From Elusimicrobiota bacterium (GTDB lineage: Bacteria; Elusimicrobiota; Elusimicrobia; Elusimicrobiales; UBA9959), in assembly GCA_036574205.1 (NCBI GenBank), contig JAINCQ010000028.1:1-64000 (forward strand): a stretch of 64,000 nt of DNA. The letters are read 5' to 3'. The position numbers and the translations under genes were made by a program. Below are positions 1 through 15,000 of the stretch, piece after piece. Numbering within the stretch: position 1 is the first letter of the stretch; every line of letters begins with the position of its first letter. The notes under the pieces are model-generated. The model was not told the DNA's origin, did no database searches, and was given only the letters and a program-made list of their open reading frames with translations.

Positions 1-3000
1 GTTAATGTTATGAATGTAAGTTTTAGCTGGAATGCTTCGGTAGATAGTTTAAGTGGGGTAATGGGGTATGAGATAGTTATTTCAACTGATAATAATTTTT
101 CTGTGATATACTCATCTGATTTTGTAAGTGGTTTAAATAAAAGCATTAGTCTTTCAGAGGGTTTATATTATTGGAAAGTGAGGGCAAAAGATAATGCATT
201 GAATTTTAGTGATTTTAGTAGTGTATTTACGATTTTGGTGGATACAACCCTTCCCGAGATAATAGATAATCAAGAGGGGGATGATGTAGAGAGAAGCAGT
301 AATGTTGCAACATATAATGTGAGCTTTGAAGATTATGGATCGCTTCTATATAAGTTTCAAATAAAAGCAACAACAGCTCCAAATGGAGGCGGCGAGCTTG
401 TTTTTGACTGGAGTGATGTGGCTGTAAATATTAACTCAACTACATATTCTGGTGGCTGGCAAATCACAAATACTCAGTTTGATTTATTAAAGCCCGGAAC
501 AAATTATATAAGCATAAGGGTTTATGATAATGCTCAAAATGTTAGTATTTCAACTGATGTTTTTTATATTGTTAAATCGGCTGGAATTCCAACTATAATA
601 GACAATCAAACTGGGGATGATATCTGGATAAGTTCTAACTCAAGGCAGTATGATGTAGATTTTGAAGATAATTCAGCTATTGAAAAATTTGAGGTAAAGA
701 CGTCTTCTTATAATGCTCAATGGTATTTAGTTTTGGATAAGATAGGTCGATCTTCATATACTTTGGATTGGAGTCTTCCAGAGGATTTTTGGGAGCTTTT
801 GCCAGGTGGAACAAATTATATAAGCGTAAGGGTGTGGGATAAGGATAATAATTATTCAATTCAGGATAATGTTTTTTATGTTTTAAAAGATACCATACCT
901 CCCCAGGGAATGCCTACCTCACCTACATATATAAATAACTACACCTTTAATCTATACTATTCAACATCTGATGATACAAGCGGTGTTGATTATGTTGAGC
1001 TTTATTATACATATGAAACCGTAGCGCCATTTAACTGGATAAAGTATGGTTCAACATTTAGTTTAAATCCAATAGTTTTTACTTCAACTCAAAGCGGTTA
1101 TGTTGGCTTTAAGATAATTGCTTATGATAAGGCTCAGAATCAGGAAGAAGGTCTACCTGATTCAACAACTACATATGAGTTTCAAACAATTATTGATTTA
1201 ACAAATCCTCTTATTGTAAAAAATCAAACCGGGGATGATGTGTGGAGAAATAGTGGTGAAACTTTATATGATGTGGATTTTAAATCTGCAGGACTTTCTC
1301 CATTATATAAAGCTCAGTATAAAGCAGTTGATGGTAATGGCAATACAGTAATTGATTGGAGTGATATAGCAAATGTATATGGGATGAGTGAGTATAAAAC
1401 TAACTGGGGTGTTGATTTTAATCTGCTCAGATCAAGTTACAATTATATCTCAGTAAGAACCTCAAATTTAGCTGGTACAACCACTACATTAAGCAATGCC
1501 TTTTATATTAAAAAAGATACTGACCTTCCTCAGATAGCTGACAGTCAATCTGGTGACAATTTATGGCGCGGTATGAATGATGGATATTATGATGTAGATT
1601 TTACTGATAATTTTTCCGGGATATATAAGTTTCAGGTGAAATCAACCACTGGACCTAATCAAAGCGGGGTTGTTACATCTGATTGGACGGATGTTATAAG
1701 CAACATAAACAGCTTTTCATATACTTTGAACTGGCAGTTGCCTCAACAAGTTTTTGATAATATGGCTAGTGGGATAAACTATGTGAGTGTAAAGGTTTAT
1801 GATATTGCCGGGAATATATCAGTTTCAACGGATGTATTTTATGTTTTAAAGGACACACAGCCAGCTTTGATAAATGACAATCAGGATGGGGATGATGTAT
1901 GGAGGAGTACTGCAAGTGGTTTATATAAGGTATATTTTGAGGATTTAGGACAGAGCGGATTAAACAAGTTTCAGATAAAGCTAACAACTGGACCAAATCA
2001 AAGTGGCTTGGTAATCAGTGATTGGGTTGATGTAATAACAAACATAAACGATCAGACATATAACATTGACTGGGAGATACCTGCTTCTATTTTTAATTTG
2101 ATGCAAAATGGTACAAATTATGTAACTGCAAGGGTTTCTGACAATGCGAATCATCTTAGACTCCCAACGGATGTGTTTTATGTTTTAAAGGATAATCTAT
2201 CACCAGTAGTTACTAATAATCACTCTGGTGACAATTTCTGGCATAGTATGAATGATGGATATTATGATGTAGATTTTACTGATAATATTTCTGGGATATA
2301 TAAGTTTCAGGTGAGATCAAGCACCGGACCCAACCAAAGCGGGGTTGTTACATCTGATTGGACGGATGTTATAAGCAACATAAACAGCTTTTCATATACC
2401 TTGAACTGGCAGCTGCCTCAAGAAGTTTTTGATAATATGTTTGATGGAATAAACTATGTAAGTGTAAGGCTTTATGATGTGGCTGGTAATATCTCAGTTT
2501 CAACGGATGTATTTTATGTTTTAAAGGACACACAGCCAGCTTTAATAAATGACAATCAGGATGGTGATGATATATGGAGGAGCACTGGAAGTGGCTTATA
2601 TAGCGTATATTTTGAGGATTTAGGGCAAAGCGGATTAAATAAGTTTCAGATAAAGGTAACGACTGGGCAGGGGCAAAGTGGTTTGGTGATCAGTGATTGG
2701 GTTGATGTAATAACAAACATAAACGAGCAGACATATAACATTGACTGGGAGATACCTGCTTCTATTTTTAATTTGATGCAAAATGGTACAAATTATGTAA
2801 GTGTAAGGGTTTATGACAATGCGAATAATGTTAGGGTTTCAACGGATGTGTTTTATGTGTTAAAGGATACAGTACCACCATATTCTATAAGTGATTTAAA
2901 TGCTTCAACTGGCAATGAAGGTGAGATAAATATAACCTTCACCTCGCCATCAGATACTGATGATACGGCTGTTTCTAGTTATATTGTAAAATATGCTACA

Positions 3001-6000
3001 TTTAATATAACCTCAGATAATTTTGATTTAGCTCAAACATACCAACAGAGCTGGCAGCCCGCACCTGGTAACAATCTTGAATCAAAAACGATAACAGAGC
3101 TTCTTGCAAATACACTTTATTATATCGCTATAAAATCCATTGATAAAGCGGGGAATGTATCCAATATTTCAAATGTGGTAAGCGCTATAAGTGGCAGTGA
3201 TGTTACACCTCCTGCTGCAATTAGTGATTTAAACGCTTATCCTGGTAGTGATATTGCGCCCGGGAGTATTGTTGTAGAGTTTACTGCAACAGGGGATAAT
3301 CAGAGCATTGGAAGCGCATCAGGATATAAACTTAGATGGAGAAATGATGGCGCTATTACAGATGAAAATTTATGGCAAAGCGCAACTGAATATATACAAA
3401 GCTGGCAACCAAAAGCATCTGGTGAAAAAGAAAGTTTTGTGTTATATGGATTTGAAGTGGGAACTACCTATTATTTCAATATAAGAGCATATGATGAGGC
3501 TAATAATATATCAGGACTTTCAAATTCAACTTATACATATGGAGCAACCTCACCTCCAAGGGATGGGATAATTGTTTATCAAAGTGGAACTGGGAATGTT
3601 GCTATTTATAGAAGATACTCCCCTCCTAACTTTGGTCTTGATTATTCGCTTCCTGTTTCTGATGCTGGGGCAACAAGTATTGTTAGACATGTTATTGTAA
3701 GAAGTTCTCCTTTTAGAAATGAGATGATTGCAGGGATTTTATCAAGTGATGGAGTTTTACAGATAATGAGATATAATGGCGCTACAAACCAGTGGACAAA
3801 GGAGTGGTCAACGACAACAATTACAGCTACCAACTCAGCATATAGAGGTTTTGATATAGCATATGAGCAAATCTCTGGTAGAGCAATGGTTTTATATAAT
3901 GGAGTTATTGCTGGTACGCTTTATTATAACATATATGATGGTGAAAATTGGAGTGGAGCAGTTACTTTGAGTACTGGAAGCGCGTACGCTGTTGCCTGGG
4001 TGAGGCTTGAGCCAGGACCAAATAGCAATGAGTTTATGGCAGTTTTTTCAAAGTTAACCTCGCTTGAATTATATGCTATTAAATGGAATGGTACAAACTG
4101 GCAGGATGGCTATCAGCTTAGAAATGGAGTTGGTGTTACAACAATGCAGGATTTTGATTTAGCCTGGACAAATGATGGCTCTAAGTGTCTGGTTGTCTTT
4201 GGAGCTGGTAATATAGGTTATGCTCAAACAAGGATTTATTCTGGCATATGGGCAACAGGCCCTAATTTTAGTTTGCAGGGCGCAAATGGGACGATAAGGT
4301 ATATTGTTGCAAAATCAGACCCTAATTCAAAATATATTGGCGTAGCAAGTTTTGATACAGGCGCTGACTGGAATGCTAATATATATGACTCTGACTCAAA
4401 TATTTTTATCTCTCAAGCAACTGAAAACCCATTAATAAGAGCAATCGCAAATCAAAATAGACCAATTGATGCTATATGGGATAACTCATCTAAATTTATA
4501 ATTGCTGCAGCACACAATTCAAGTTATGGTGTTTTATGGGCAAGCTGGACCGTAAATAATGGTTGGGCAATAAGTTTAGCCAATGCGCCAGTTTTTACCG
4601 GGTGGTCTAACCGTATAAATGGTGTTAAGCTGGAAAATGATAAGGATTTAAACTCTGTTTATTTATGCGCAAACTCTGTAACCTCAAATGATTTAAGATG
4701 CGCAAGATTTACAGGGGCTGATTGGGAGTTTATTTCGCCAAATCCACTTACAACAAACCTAACTGCAAATACATACCAGCCATATTATTTTGCAACAACA
4801 AGGCATGATGTTATCTCTCCAACAATTACTGATTATCAAACCGGGGATGATATATGGAGAAGTTCAAATACTGCTTATTATGATATAGATGCAACAGATG
4901 CTGGTGGAAGTGGTTTGAGGTTTATTCAGACAAAGATATATACTGGTCCGGGCAAAACAGGTAGCTTGATTGAGGATTGGACTGCTCAGGCATCAACCTC
5001 TGGTGTAAATTTTTATTATGATAACTGGAGGTTAACGGATGAAACTTTCAATAAACTTAAAGAGGGGATAAATTATGTAAGTGTAAGGGCAGTTGATGGT
5101 GCTTTTAATTATTCAAATGAGATAGTAGATGCCTTTTACATCAAAAAGGATACAACCCCTCCGACTGCTCCCTTATTAAATGCACCAGCGGATGGTTTAA
5201 GATTAAACCTTCTTTCTGTTAACTTTAGCTGGAATTCTTCAAGCGATTATTCAAGTGGTGTTAAGGATTATGAGATAATTATTTCAACCTTTAATGATTT
5301 TTCACAAGTTTTATTTTCAAGTTCAGCCCCCAATACATCAATTGTAATTGATCTTCCTTATGAAGGAGAATATTTCTGGAAAGTTAGGGCGCGGGATAAT
5401 GCTTTAAATTATTCAAATTATTCTTCAACATGGAGTATTTTAGTAGATACAACTGTTCCGCAAATAATCAACAATCAAACTGGCGATGATATATGGATAA
5501 GTTCAAACTCAAGATCATATGATGTTGATTTTAATGATAGTGGCGGTTCGCTTTTAAATAAATTCCAGATAAAAGCAACCACCGGTCCATCTGAAACAGG
5601 TACGGTTATATTCAACTGGAGTGATGTTCTTGTTGATATTAACCTTTCAAGCTATACTGATAATTGGATAGTTCCACAAAATTTGTGGAATTTGCTTCCA
5701 AATGGAACAAGTTATATAAGCGTAAGGGTTTATGATAACGCTGGAAATTTTTCGACCTCAGCAGGTTTTTATATAAGAAAGGATATTATATCTCCTCAGA
5801 TAATAAACAATCAAATTGGTGATAATATATGGAGAAATACAAATAATGCTTATTATGATGTTGATTTTCAGGATAGCGGAGGATCATTAATTGAAAAGAT
5901 TCAGATTAAATCATCAACCGGAGCAAATTTCACAGGGATTCTTAACTTTGACTGGATTGATTTTATCATCGCAGTTGATAGTGCCTCTTATACGCAGGAT

Positions 6001-9000
6001 TTTCAATTGCCACCTGCTTTGTGGAATAATCTTAAAACAGGTAAGAACTATATGAGCTTTAAGGTTTTTGATTATGCTGGAAATGTTACAGTTTCAACAG
6101 ATACATTTTATATATTAAAAGATTCGACTCCACCTTCAACACCTATTTTATATTCACCTGATAATAACTCAAACTCTTTGAGCTCAACTATCAATTTTAA
6201 CTGGTATCCTTCAGTTGATGATGCTTCAGGTATAAAGGAGTACTTACTTTATATCTCAACTGATGAAGGCTTTTCTGTTATTTATTCATCCATTACAGCT
6301 ATTTCAACATCCGTTGTTGTAACCCTTTTGCCTCAAAGATATTTCTGGAAGGTGGTTGCTTTAGATAATGCATTAAATTATTCTCAATACTCATCAACAT
6401 TTTCATTATTTATTGATACAGTTCCTCCTCAGATTGTAAATAATCAAACTGGCGATGATATATGGAGAAATGCAAACAATGCTTATTACGATGTTGATTT
6501 TATTGACTCAGGTGGCTCGCTTTTAAGTAAGTTTCAGATAAAGGCAACCACTGGTCCTGATGAAACAGGTATGGTTATTTTTAATTGGAGTGATGTTGTT
6601 ACGAATATAAATTTTTCAAGCTATTCTGATAACTGGACAATTCCACAAGATTTATGGAATTTACTGCCAGATGGCACTAGTTATATAAGTGTTAAGGTTT
6701 ATGATAACGCTGGGAATTTCTCAAACATCAATGCTTTCTATATCAAAAAGGATGTAACTTTCCCTACTATTTATGATAATCAAAGTGGGGATGATGTATG
6801 GCGGGCTGAAAACACTGGCTTTTATAATGTTGATTTTTATGATGCTACTTCATTTTTAAATAGGTTTGATGTTAAAATAACTACAGGTTTAAATCAGACA
6901 GGTACGGTTATAGTTGATTGGACACCTTTGGTTACAAATATTAATTCAAATTTATATACTGAAGACTGGAAGATAACAGATTCAATGTTTAACCTTTTAC
7001 CCGTTGGGGTTAATTATGTAAGTGTAAGGGTTTATGATAATGCTCAAAATGTTAGTATTTCAACTGATGTCTTCTATATACGTAAAGATACAATGCCTGT
7101 TAGTATAATAAACAATGAAACATTTTCTCATTACGGTATATGGCTTAATACAAATAGTCTGGTTTATGATATTGATGCTTATTCCAGTGGAGTTTCTTCG
7201 CTTGACAGAATTGAAATAGCTATTTCAACTACAGGATATGGTATAGAGCCATATTTTATTAGCTGGACAACGGCAGTACTCAATATAAATGCCACTTATT
7301 ATACCATGGACTGGGGTATATCCGATGAGATCTTTGGTCAGCTTCAAAGTGGGCTTACAAACTATGTCTCAGTTAGAGTTTATAACCAGGCAAATAATAA
7401 GACCACGCTTTCAGATGCATTTTTAATATTTAAGGATACTGTTAGTTCTATTTATCAAAATAATATTTCAAATGAATATATATGGCATAATTCCTCTTCT
7501 ACGCTTTATGATGTTGATATAATTGATTTAGGTGGTAGTGGGGTACTTTCTTTTGAAGTTATGGCTTCTACTTCCATTAATGGACAAAATCCTCTTACCA
7601 GTTGGGTTGTTGCTGTTTCAACTCCTATAAATAAACTTTCTTATACTGATAACTGGGCATTGCCCCAAACTGTGTGGACAAGTTTGATTGAGGAGGTCAC
7701 AAACTATATTTCAATTAAAATATATGATGTTGCTTATAATACTTCTACATATTATGATGTCTTTAAAGTTTTTAAAGATACAACTCCACCAACAATAACT
7801 GATAATGAACCCGGGGATTATTACTGGAGAAATGATGAAAGTGGTTTTTATAACGTGGGCTTTGAAGATAGCGGCGGCTCGGGGTTAAATAAATTTCAGT
7901 TAAGGGTTTCTACAAATGAATCATCCACTTCTTATTATATTGACTGGATGGATAATACTTTAAACTTAAACACAACCTATTATAACACTCCATGGCAGAT
8001 AAATTCACAAATATGGAGCTTAATACCTGAAGGTACGGGATATATTGATGTCAGGGTTTTTGATAATGCAGGAAATTTTAGAGTTTCTCCTTCGCATGTT
8101 TTTATTGTGAAAAAGGATACAACTGCACCATCTATTCCAATTCTAATATCACCACTTAGCGAAAGTTCAACAAACAGTTTAACTGTTAATTTTAGCTGGG
8201 GGGACTCAACTGACTTATTAAGTGGAACAACTGTTTATGAGATAGTTGTTTCAACTTATGAAAGCTTTGATTTCATATATTATTCAACCATAACAGTTTC
8301 AACACAACTAAATATTAGTTTACCGCATGAAGATAAATATTTTTGGAAGGTTAGAGCAAAAGACATTGCAGGTAATTGGTCAACTTATTCATCAAGCTAT
8401 TCTGTTATAATTGATACAACTTCTCCTGAGATAATTAACAATCAGCCTCAAAATAATCTCTGGATAAGTTCAAATACAGGATATTATGATATTGATTTTA
8501 ATGACAGTGGTGGTTCGCTTTTAGATAAGTTTCAGATAAAAATAACAACAGGTCCTTCATTTAGCGGTATTCTTATTACAGATTGGGTTGATATCTCAAC
8601 AAATATTAATGCCTCCTCATATACGGACAATTGGCAGATACCACCCAACATATGGGATTTAATGCAAACTGGGACGAACTATGTAAGTGTTAGGGTTTAT
8701 GATAAAGCACAAAATCTTGAACTTTCAACAGACACATTTTATGTTTTAAAGGATACAATTACTCCCGCAATTTCAATTAATCAAAGTTATGATCTCTGGT
8801 ATAGTTCAGATCCTGGTAATATATTCAATCCAGAATTTTCTGATTATCACTCAAGGCTTTCATCTGCAGCATATTATGTTTACTCTCAGGAAAATAAAGG
8901 TGGTGTTTTTATAACAAGCTCAACCATATTTGGACCAAATCTGGATAGTTATTCTTATACAGATAGCTGGAGTATTTTGTTTGATAATCTAAAAGAAGGT

Positions 9001-12000
9001 TATAATTGGGTAAGTATAAAAGCCTGGGATATAGCTCAAAATACTACTGAATATATTGATGCATTTTATGTTAAAAAAGACACAACATCACCGTTGATTG
9101 AGGATCTTCAGGAGGGTGATACTAATTTTTATAAAGCAAATCCAGGGAATATATTTAATGTGAATTTTTATGACTATGGAGTTGGAATTTCATCTGTAAG
9201 TTTAAAGATTACAACTGGACCATATGAAAGTGGGAGCGTTTTAGTTGATGGAGCGACGATTTATTACTTTGAAACTCCGCAAAATTCAGTTGCAGGTAAA
9301 TGGGGGATAAGTGATGAAATATGGAATTTGCTTATATCCTCGACGAACTATGTAAGCATTTATGCATATGATGGGCTTAATCAAATGAGTTTCAAAAAGG
9401 ATGCTTTCTATATTCAAAAAGATACCATTGTTCCGGCAGCAATAACTAATTTAAATGCCTATAATAATTTAGTTCCACAAGATGAGGGGACAATTTACCT
9501 AAGCTGGACGGCTAGCGGTGATGATGGAAATGTTGGGGTGGCAAAATCATATTTGATAAGATATGCAACTTATCCAATAAATGAATCAAATTTTGAAAGT
9601 GCTCTGGTTTATAATTCAACTCTTACTCCTAAGTCAGCAGGGGAGATTGAATTGATTAAGCTTGATGGGCTTGAGCCCGGAAATACCTATTATGCAGCAA
9701 TTAAAGTTGTGGATAAAGCTAATAATATAAGTAATGTTTCAAATACAACTTCAACCTATGCAACTCCAGACTTAACCCCGCCACAGGCTATATCAGATTT
9801 AAATGCCATTGTTGGTGATTTTACAGGTCAGATAAAGCTTATCTGGACTGCGCCAGGGGAAGGCACAAAAGATAATCCAGGAAATAATCCCGTAAGTGGC
9901 TATGTTGTAAAATATGCTACATATCCTATTGATTCTTCCAATTTTGATTCAGCACAGACTTATAATCAAAACTGGGCGCCAGAGCAACCTCAAAGTTTAG
10001 AAGAAAGAATAATGGAAGGGCTTGAACCTGAGACAACATATTACATCGCTATAAAATCATATGATGAAGTAAACAATATAAGTCAGATATCCAATACTAC
10101 CTCAACCTATGCAGCTCCACGCGGTGCAAGGGACGGGATTTTGCTTTATTCAAAAGGTGGTTCAGCAACATTAAAATACAAGAAATACACTCCTCCGAAC
10201 TGGTCACAGGAATTTGATACCGGCATTTCATTTAGCGGGACTGTTAGATGGGTTGTTTTAAAATCCTTGCCTGTTATAAGAAATATTAAAATTGCTGCTG
10301 TAATTGATTCAAATAATGTTTTGAAGGTTCTAAAATATGATGGTGTTTCTGATACCTGGTCTGATATAACTCCATCACCTGCCCCTACACCCGGCTCTTC
10401 AGTTTATAGAAACTTTGATTTAGCAGTTGAGCAAAATAATGCAAGGGTAGTCTTTGTTTATTATAATGGCACTCTTGGTAATGTAAGTTATGCTGTTTGG
10501 TCGGCTACTCAAAATGCCTGGGGTATTGCTCCATCCAATCTTGCTATGGCATCGCTTACCGGTACAATTAATTGGTTAAGATTAAAAGAAGCACCAAATT
10601 CTGATAAAATTGCTTTAGCTGTACTGGATTCAAATTCAGATATCTCAGCAAGCATATGGAATGGGACAAGCTGGATAGATAATATTAATTTAACACTTAG
10701 TGGTTCTATTGCAACTCAGGAAGCATTTGATATATCGTGGGAAAGCCAAAGCGGTGATTTGCTTGCATTATGGGGAACTGGAACAACTACAAATTATAGA
10801 AAATGGTATTCAACAAGTACATGGGGAGCAACTTTACAAGGACCCAATGTTGGAAATACTGTTAGATGGGTTAGATTATGTTCTAGCCCCCTTTCAGATA
10901 AAATTGGCTTAAGCGTAATTTATGGAGCAACAGCCTGGAATGTGGCTATATGGAGACCATCAGGAACAGAAGGATGGAGCGCTTTACCAGCAGCTGATAC
11001 TGCTATGAGCGCAAATGATAAAAGAGTAACAGATTGTGCGTGGCAGTCAAAGACAGAGAAGTTTGTTGCTGTTTCAGTTGATAACCTTGGAACTTATGAT
11101 AATCAGTTTGATTGGATAGTCTGGCAGAATGGTAATTGGAATCCCGCTTCTCCATCTGTTACAATTGCAAACTCAAATACAAATTTTGGTTCAAGCAATA
11201 TAAAATGGGTAAAATTAATATCAGATCCTGATACTGATAATATAAAGTTTTTAGGTGTGGATAGTATAAATAATTTAAGAACAACTGTGTGGTCTGGAAG
11301 TGTTTGGGCAGGTGCTGGAAGCTCAAACAATGCTTATCACGGCTCTGTTGGGGATTTTAATTATGAGCCGTTTGCTTTTGATTTTTCAAGACATGATAAT
11401 ATACCACCAACTATAGTTGATAATCAAAGTGGTGATGATTTATGGAGAAATTCAAATTATGCTACATATAGTGTTTTTGCAAATGACACTGGAGGCTCAT
11501 TGTTAAAAGATATACAGACAAAAATATTTTTTCAAGCAAATTTAATTGAGGATTGGACAACTCAGGTTTTATCAATTAATGCTACTTCCTATACCCAGCC
11601 CTGGAAGTTAACTGATTTTACCTTTAACAAACTTCCACAGGGGCAATCAAATGTATATGTTAGAACTGTTGATAATGCAGGAAATTATTCAAATGGAATA
11701 GAAGCTTTTTATATAAGAAAAGATACAACCCCGCCAGCTATAATCAATAATATGCCGTCAGGTTTTTCAAGTACATGGACAGCAACAGGGGTTGGTCTGA
11801 TAAACATAGATTTTACTGATAGGGGAGGTTCAGGGCTTTCAAGCGCGACATATTCGGTTTGGACAAGCACAAATCTAAGTGGGATAAATGTAGTTTCAGA
11901 TGTTTTGATATCATCTAATATAAACTCAAATTTATATACAGATGATTGGAATATAGATTTTTCGCTTCTTGCAAACGGAACAAATTATATAACAGTTACT

Positions 12001-15000
12001 GTTTGGGATAATGCTAATTCATCAACAACCCTTGTTGATGCATTTAAAGTGCTAAAAGATACAATTGCGCCGGCTCAAATAACTGATCTTGTTGGTTCTT
12101 TGGGTCCTACGCTTGGAACAGTTTTATTGAATTTCACATCGCCCGGCGATGATGGTTCAAATGGAGATAATTTTCAAGGTGGATATATTATAAAGTATGC
12201 TACATTTGCAATCATAAATGATGTTTTATTTGATATGGCAACAACATATAACGAGGCAATTATTCCAAAGCCTCAGGGTGAAACAGAGAGTATTATAATA
12301 TATTCTCTTGATGAGAATACTACATATTATTTTGCGGTTAAAACCTACGATAAGGCAAACAATTTATCTCTTATCTCTAACTCAGCTTCTTCAATGCCTC
12401 AAAGATCAAATATTTTTATAAATGAAGTCTATCCTTCTGGTGGAAGTGGAGAAGACTGGGTTGAGCTTTATAACAACACTTTACAGGATTTCTCTCTTGA
12501 AGGATGGAAACTTGTATATAAACAGGGTCCAGTTGATTCTCAAGCTGCAGAGGTTGATATCTGGACTGGGGTTTCAACTGATACTATTTTAAGTGGTGGA
12601 TTTAAACTTATAAACATAAACTTAGACTTAAACTCTGCTCAAAGTTATTCCCTGTTGCTTAAAAACTCAGCTGGCAAAGTTGTAGATAAACTTCAATGGC
12701 CAGTGCTTTCAGCTGGACAGTCTTTTTCAAGGATATATGATGGCTCAAAGTATTTTGAAGTGGATCTTACTCCAACAGGAGGATATAACAACTCACTTTC
12801 AAGCTCTACTATCAAAATAAATGAGATTTCATTTGACAGTAGCTGGAAGTTTATTGAGCTTTACAATACAACAAATACTGTAGTAGAATTAAATAACTAT
12901 TTATTAAGAAACTCAAACAATACTCCTTTTAGATTTTCAAGAAGAGTTTCATCTTATAGTTATACTCTTGTAGATGACTCATCAATATCTTTAGATGGCT
13001 ATAATTGGATAGATGCCTTTGGTATAACAGGGCTAAAAACAGATGGGGATTTTTTGGTCCTTGAAAATGAGGCTGGTCAGACTGTTGATAGAGTTAACTG
13101 GAAACAAAGCTTAGCAACACTATATCTTTACAATTCAAGTTTAGCTTTAAATGCTCCTTATGCGCCTTCTGCAAATGTTTCATTAGTGAGATTTAGAGGT
13201 GAGGGTTCTGATACTAATGATGATTCATATGATTTTTCACAATCTTCCTTAATGACCCCTCTTTCAAGAAATGTTGCTCCATCAGCAAATTCAAATTTAT
13301 TAATATATCCTTATCAAAATGCTTATCTACCTCCAAACTTTACTATAAAATTAAAATTAGGAGAAGATTTTTCTCAAGGGTATGCTAACATGATATCCTT
13401 TATAAGAACCGGCGGAAATCCTGATGAAAACTCTCCTCATATATTTATTTTAAATGATATTGGTTTTAACCTTTCAAATCTCTCAACTCAAACTGTATCT
13501 TTCTCATATGATAGTTTAGTAGATATTGATGGTAAAAAATTAAACGATGGTAGTATTTATAAAGTACTTTTAGTTTCTGATAATTCATCAGCATCAGCGC
13601 CTTCCGTTATAGTAACCAGTGTAACGGTTAATAATATCAGAAATCACATTAACGGTTATGAAAGCGGGAATAAATGGTTAGATGAGAATAAGTATATAGA
13701 TGTTTTTAAACTTGATGTTTATAATGAATCTAAATATGAGATTAAAATTTCAACGATTGTTTTAAAATTTCAAACCACCGATTATATAAATTTAGATACC
13801 CAACAACTTAGAAGTATTTTAAAGGAAATAACTATCTTTAAAGATTCAAATTATGGTAATAAAGGAATGTATGAATATGATATAGATAATGAAGATCTGG
13901 TCAGTGTTTATAACAATAATTTTAATCTTTCAGATGGCTTGCTTTATATATCGGTAAGCAGCACAAACTTTTCTGCTGCTATTCCATCAAATTCTTCTGC
14001 TACTTATTTTATAGTTATGGTTGCATCAGACAACGCATCAAACGCTACTTTAAACGCTTTTATATCATCAATAGAACTTTCAAGCTCAACCTTTATAGAT
14101 AAAGACAATATGATATCTCAGCCGGTGATCTTAAATTATTCAAGTGTTGAATCATCGTTTACTGTAATACTTGCAACTGCCATTGAAGGTTGGAGCTTTG
14201 ATACTGGGGTGATATCCAATATTAATACTACAATTAATTACTGGTCAAATGTGTATATAGGAGCAACTGATGGAGTATTAAGAACCCTGGATTATTATAA
14301 TGGTCAGTTAAAATGGAGCTTTACCACAAATCCAAACTCTCCAATTATAACAAGTCCTCTTGTGAGTCTTAGCACTGGTTATGTAGATACCTATCTTTAT
14401 TTTGGGTGTGCAAATGGTGATATCTATAAGCTTAAGGATAACGATACTACATATTCACTTGTATGGAAGACAAATATCTCTGGTGTAATAACAAGCGAGA
14501 TTTTTGATTCTGATACTAAATTATATTTTGGAGTAAATAATAATAGAATATATTGTCTTAACAAGGCTGATGGTAATATATGTGATGGCTGGAATTTTGA
14601 TTCATCTATAGACTCACCAATAACTTCTCCTATGGCTATAGATTACAGACCTGATGTAAATCTTGGATGGGTTGGACTTGAAAATGGCAGAATGATTGCT
14701 TTCAGGTTAAATGATGGAGTTGTCGTAAATCAATTTGTAAGTGGAGGTGCTATTTATTCTTCACCATTTGTAGATAGTGCTTATGCTCAGGCAACAAATA
14801 ACATTTATGTAGGTTCAACTGATGGTAAGTTATATTCACGTATAGCAGCAAACCTCAATGTGACTCCACCTTACTGGTCTGATTTAAATACTTTATCACC
14901 TATTTATTCTTCACCGTTTAAAGTGCCTTACTCAGATTACATTATTATTGGTAATAATGCAGGAAAATTATATAAGGTTAGTGCTTCAAGCGGAGTTGTA

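Noticed and set aside
1549..2868. Possible diversity-generating retroelement TR/VR pair
   Set aside because: Both copies are in-frame parts of one ORF, differences are not confined to adenines, and no reverse transcriptase is present.
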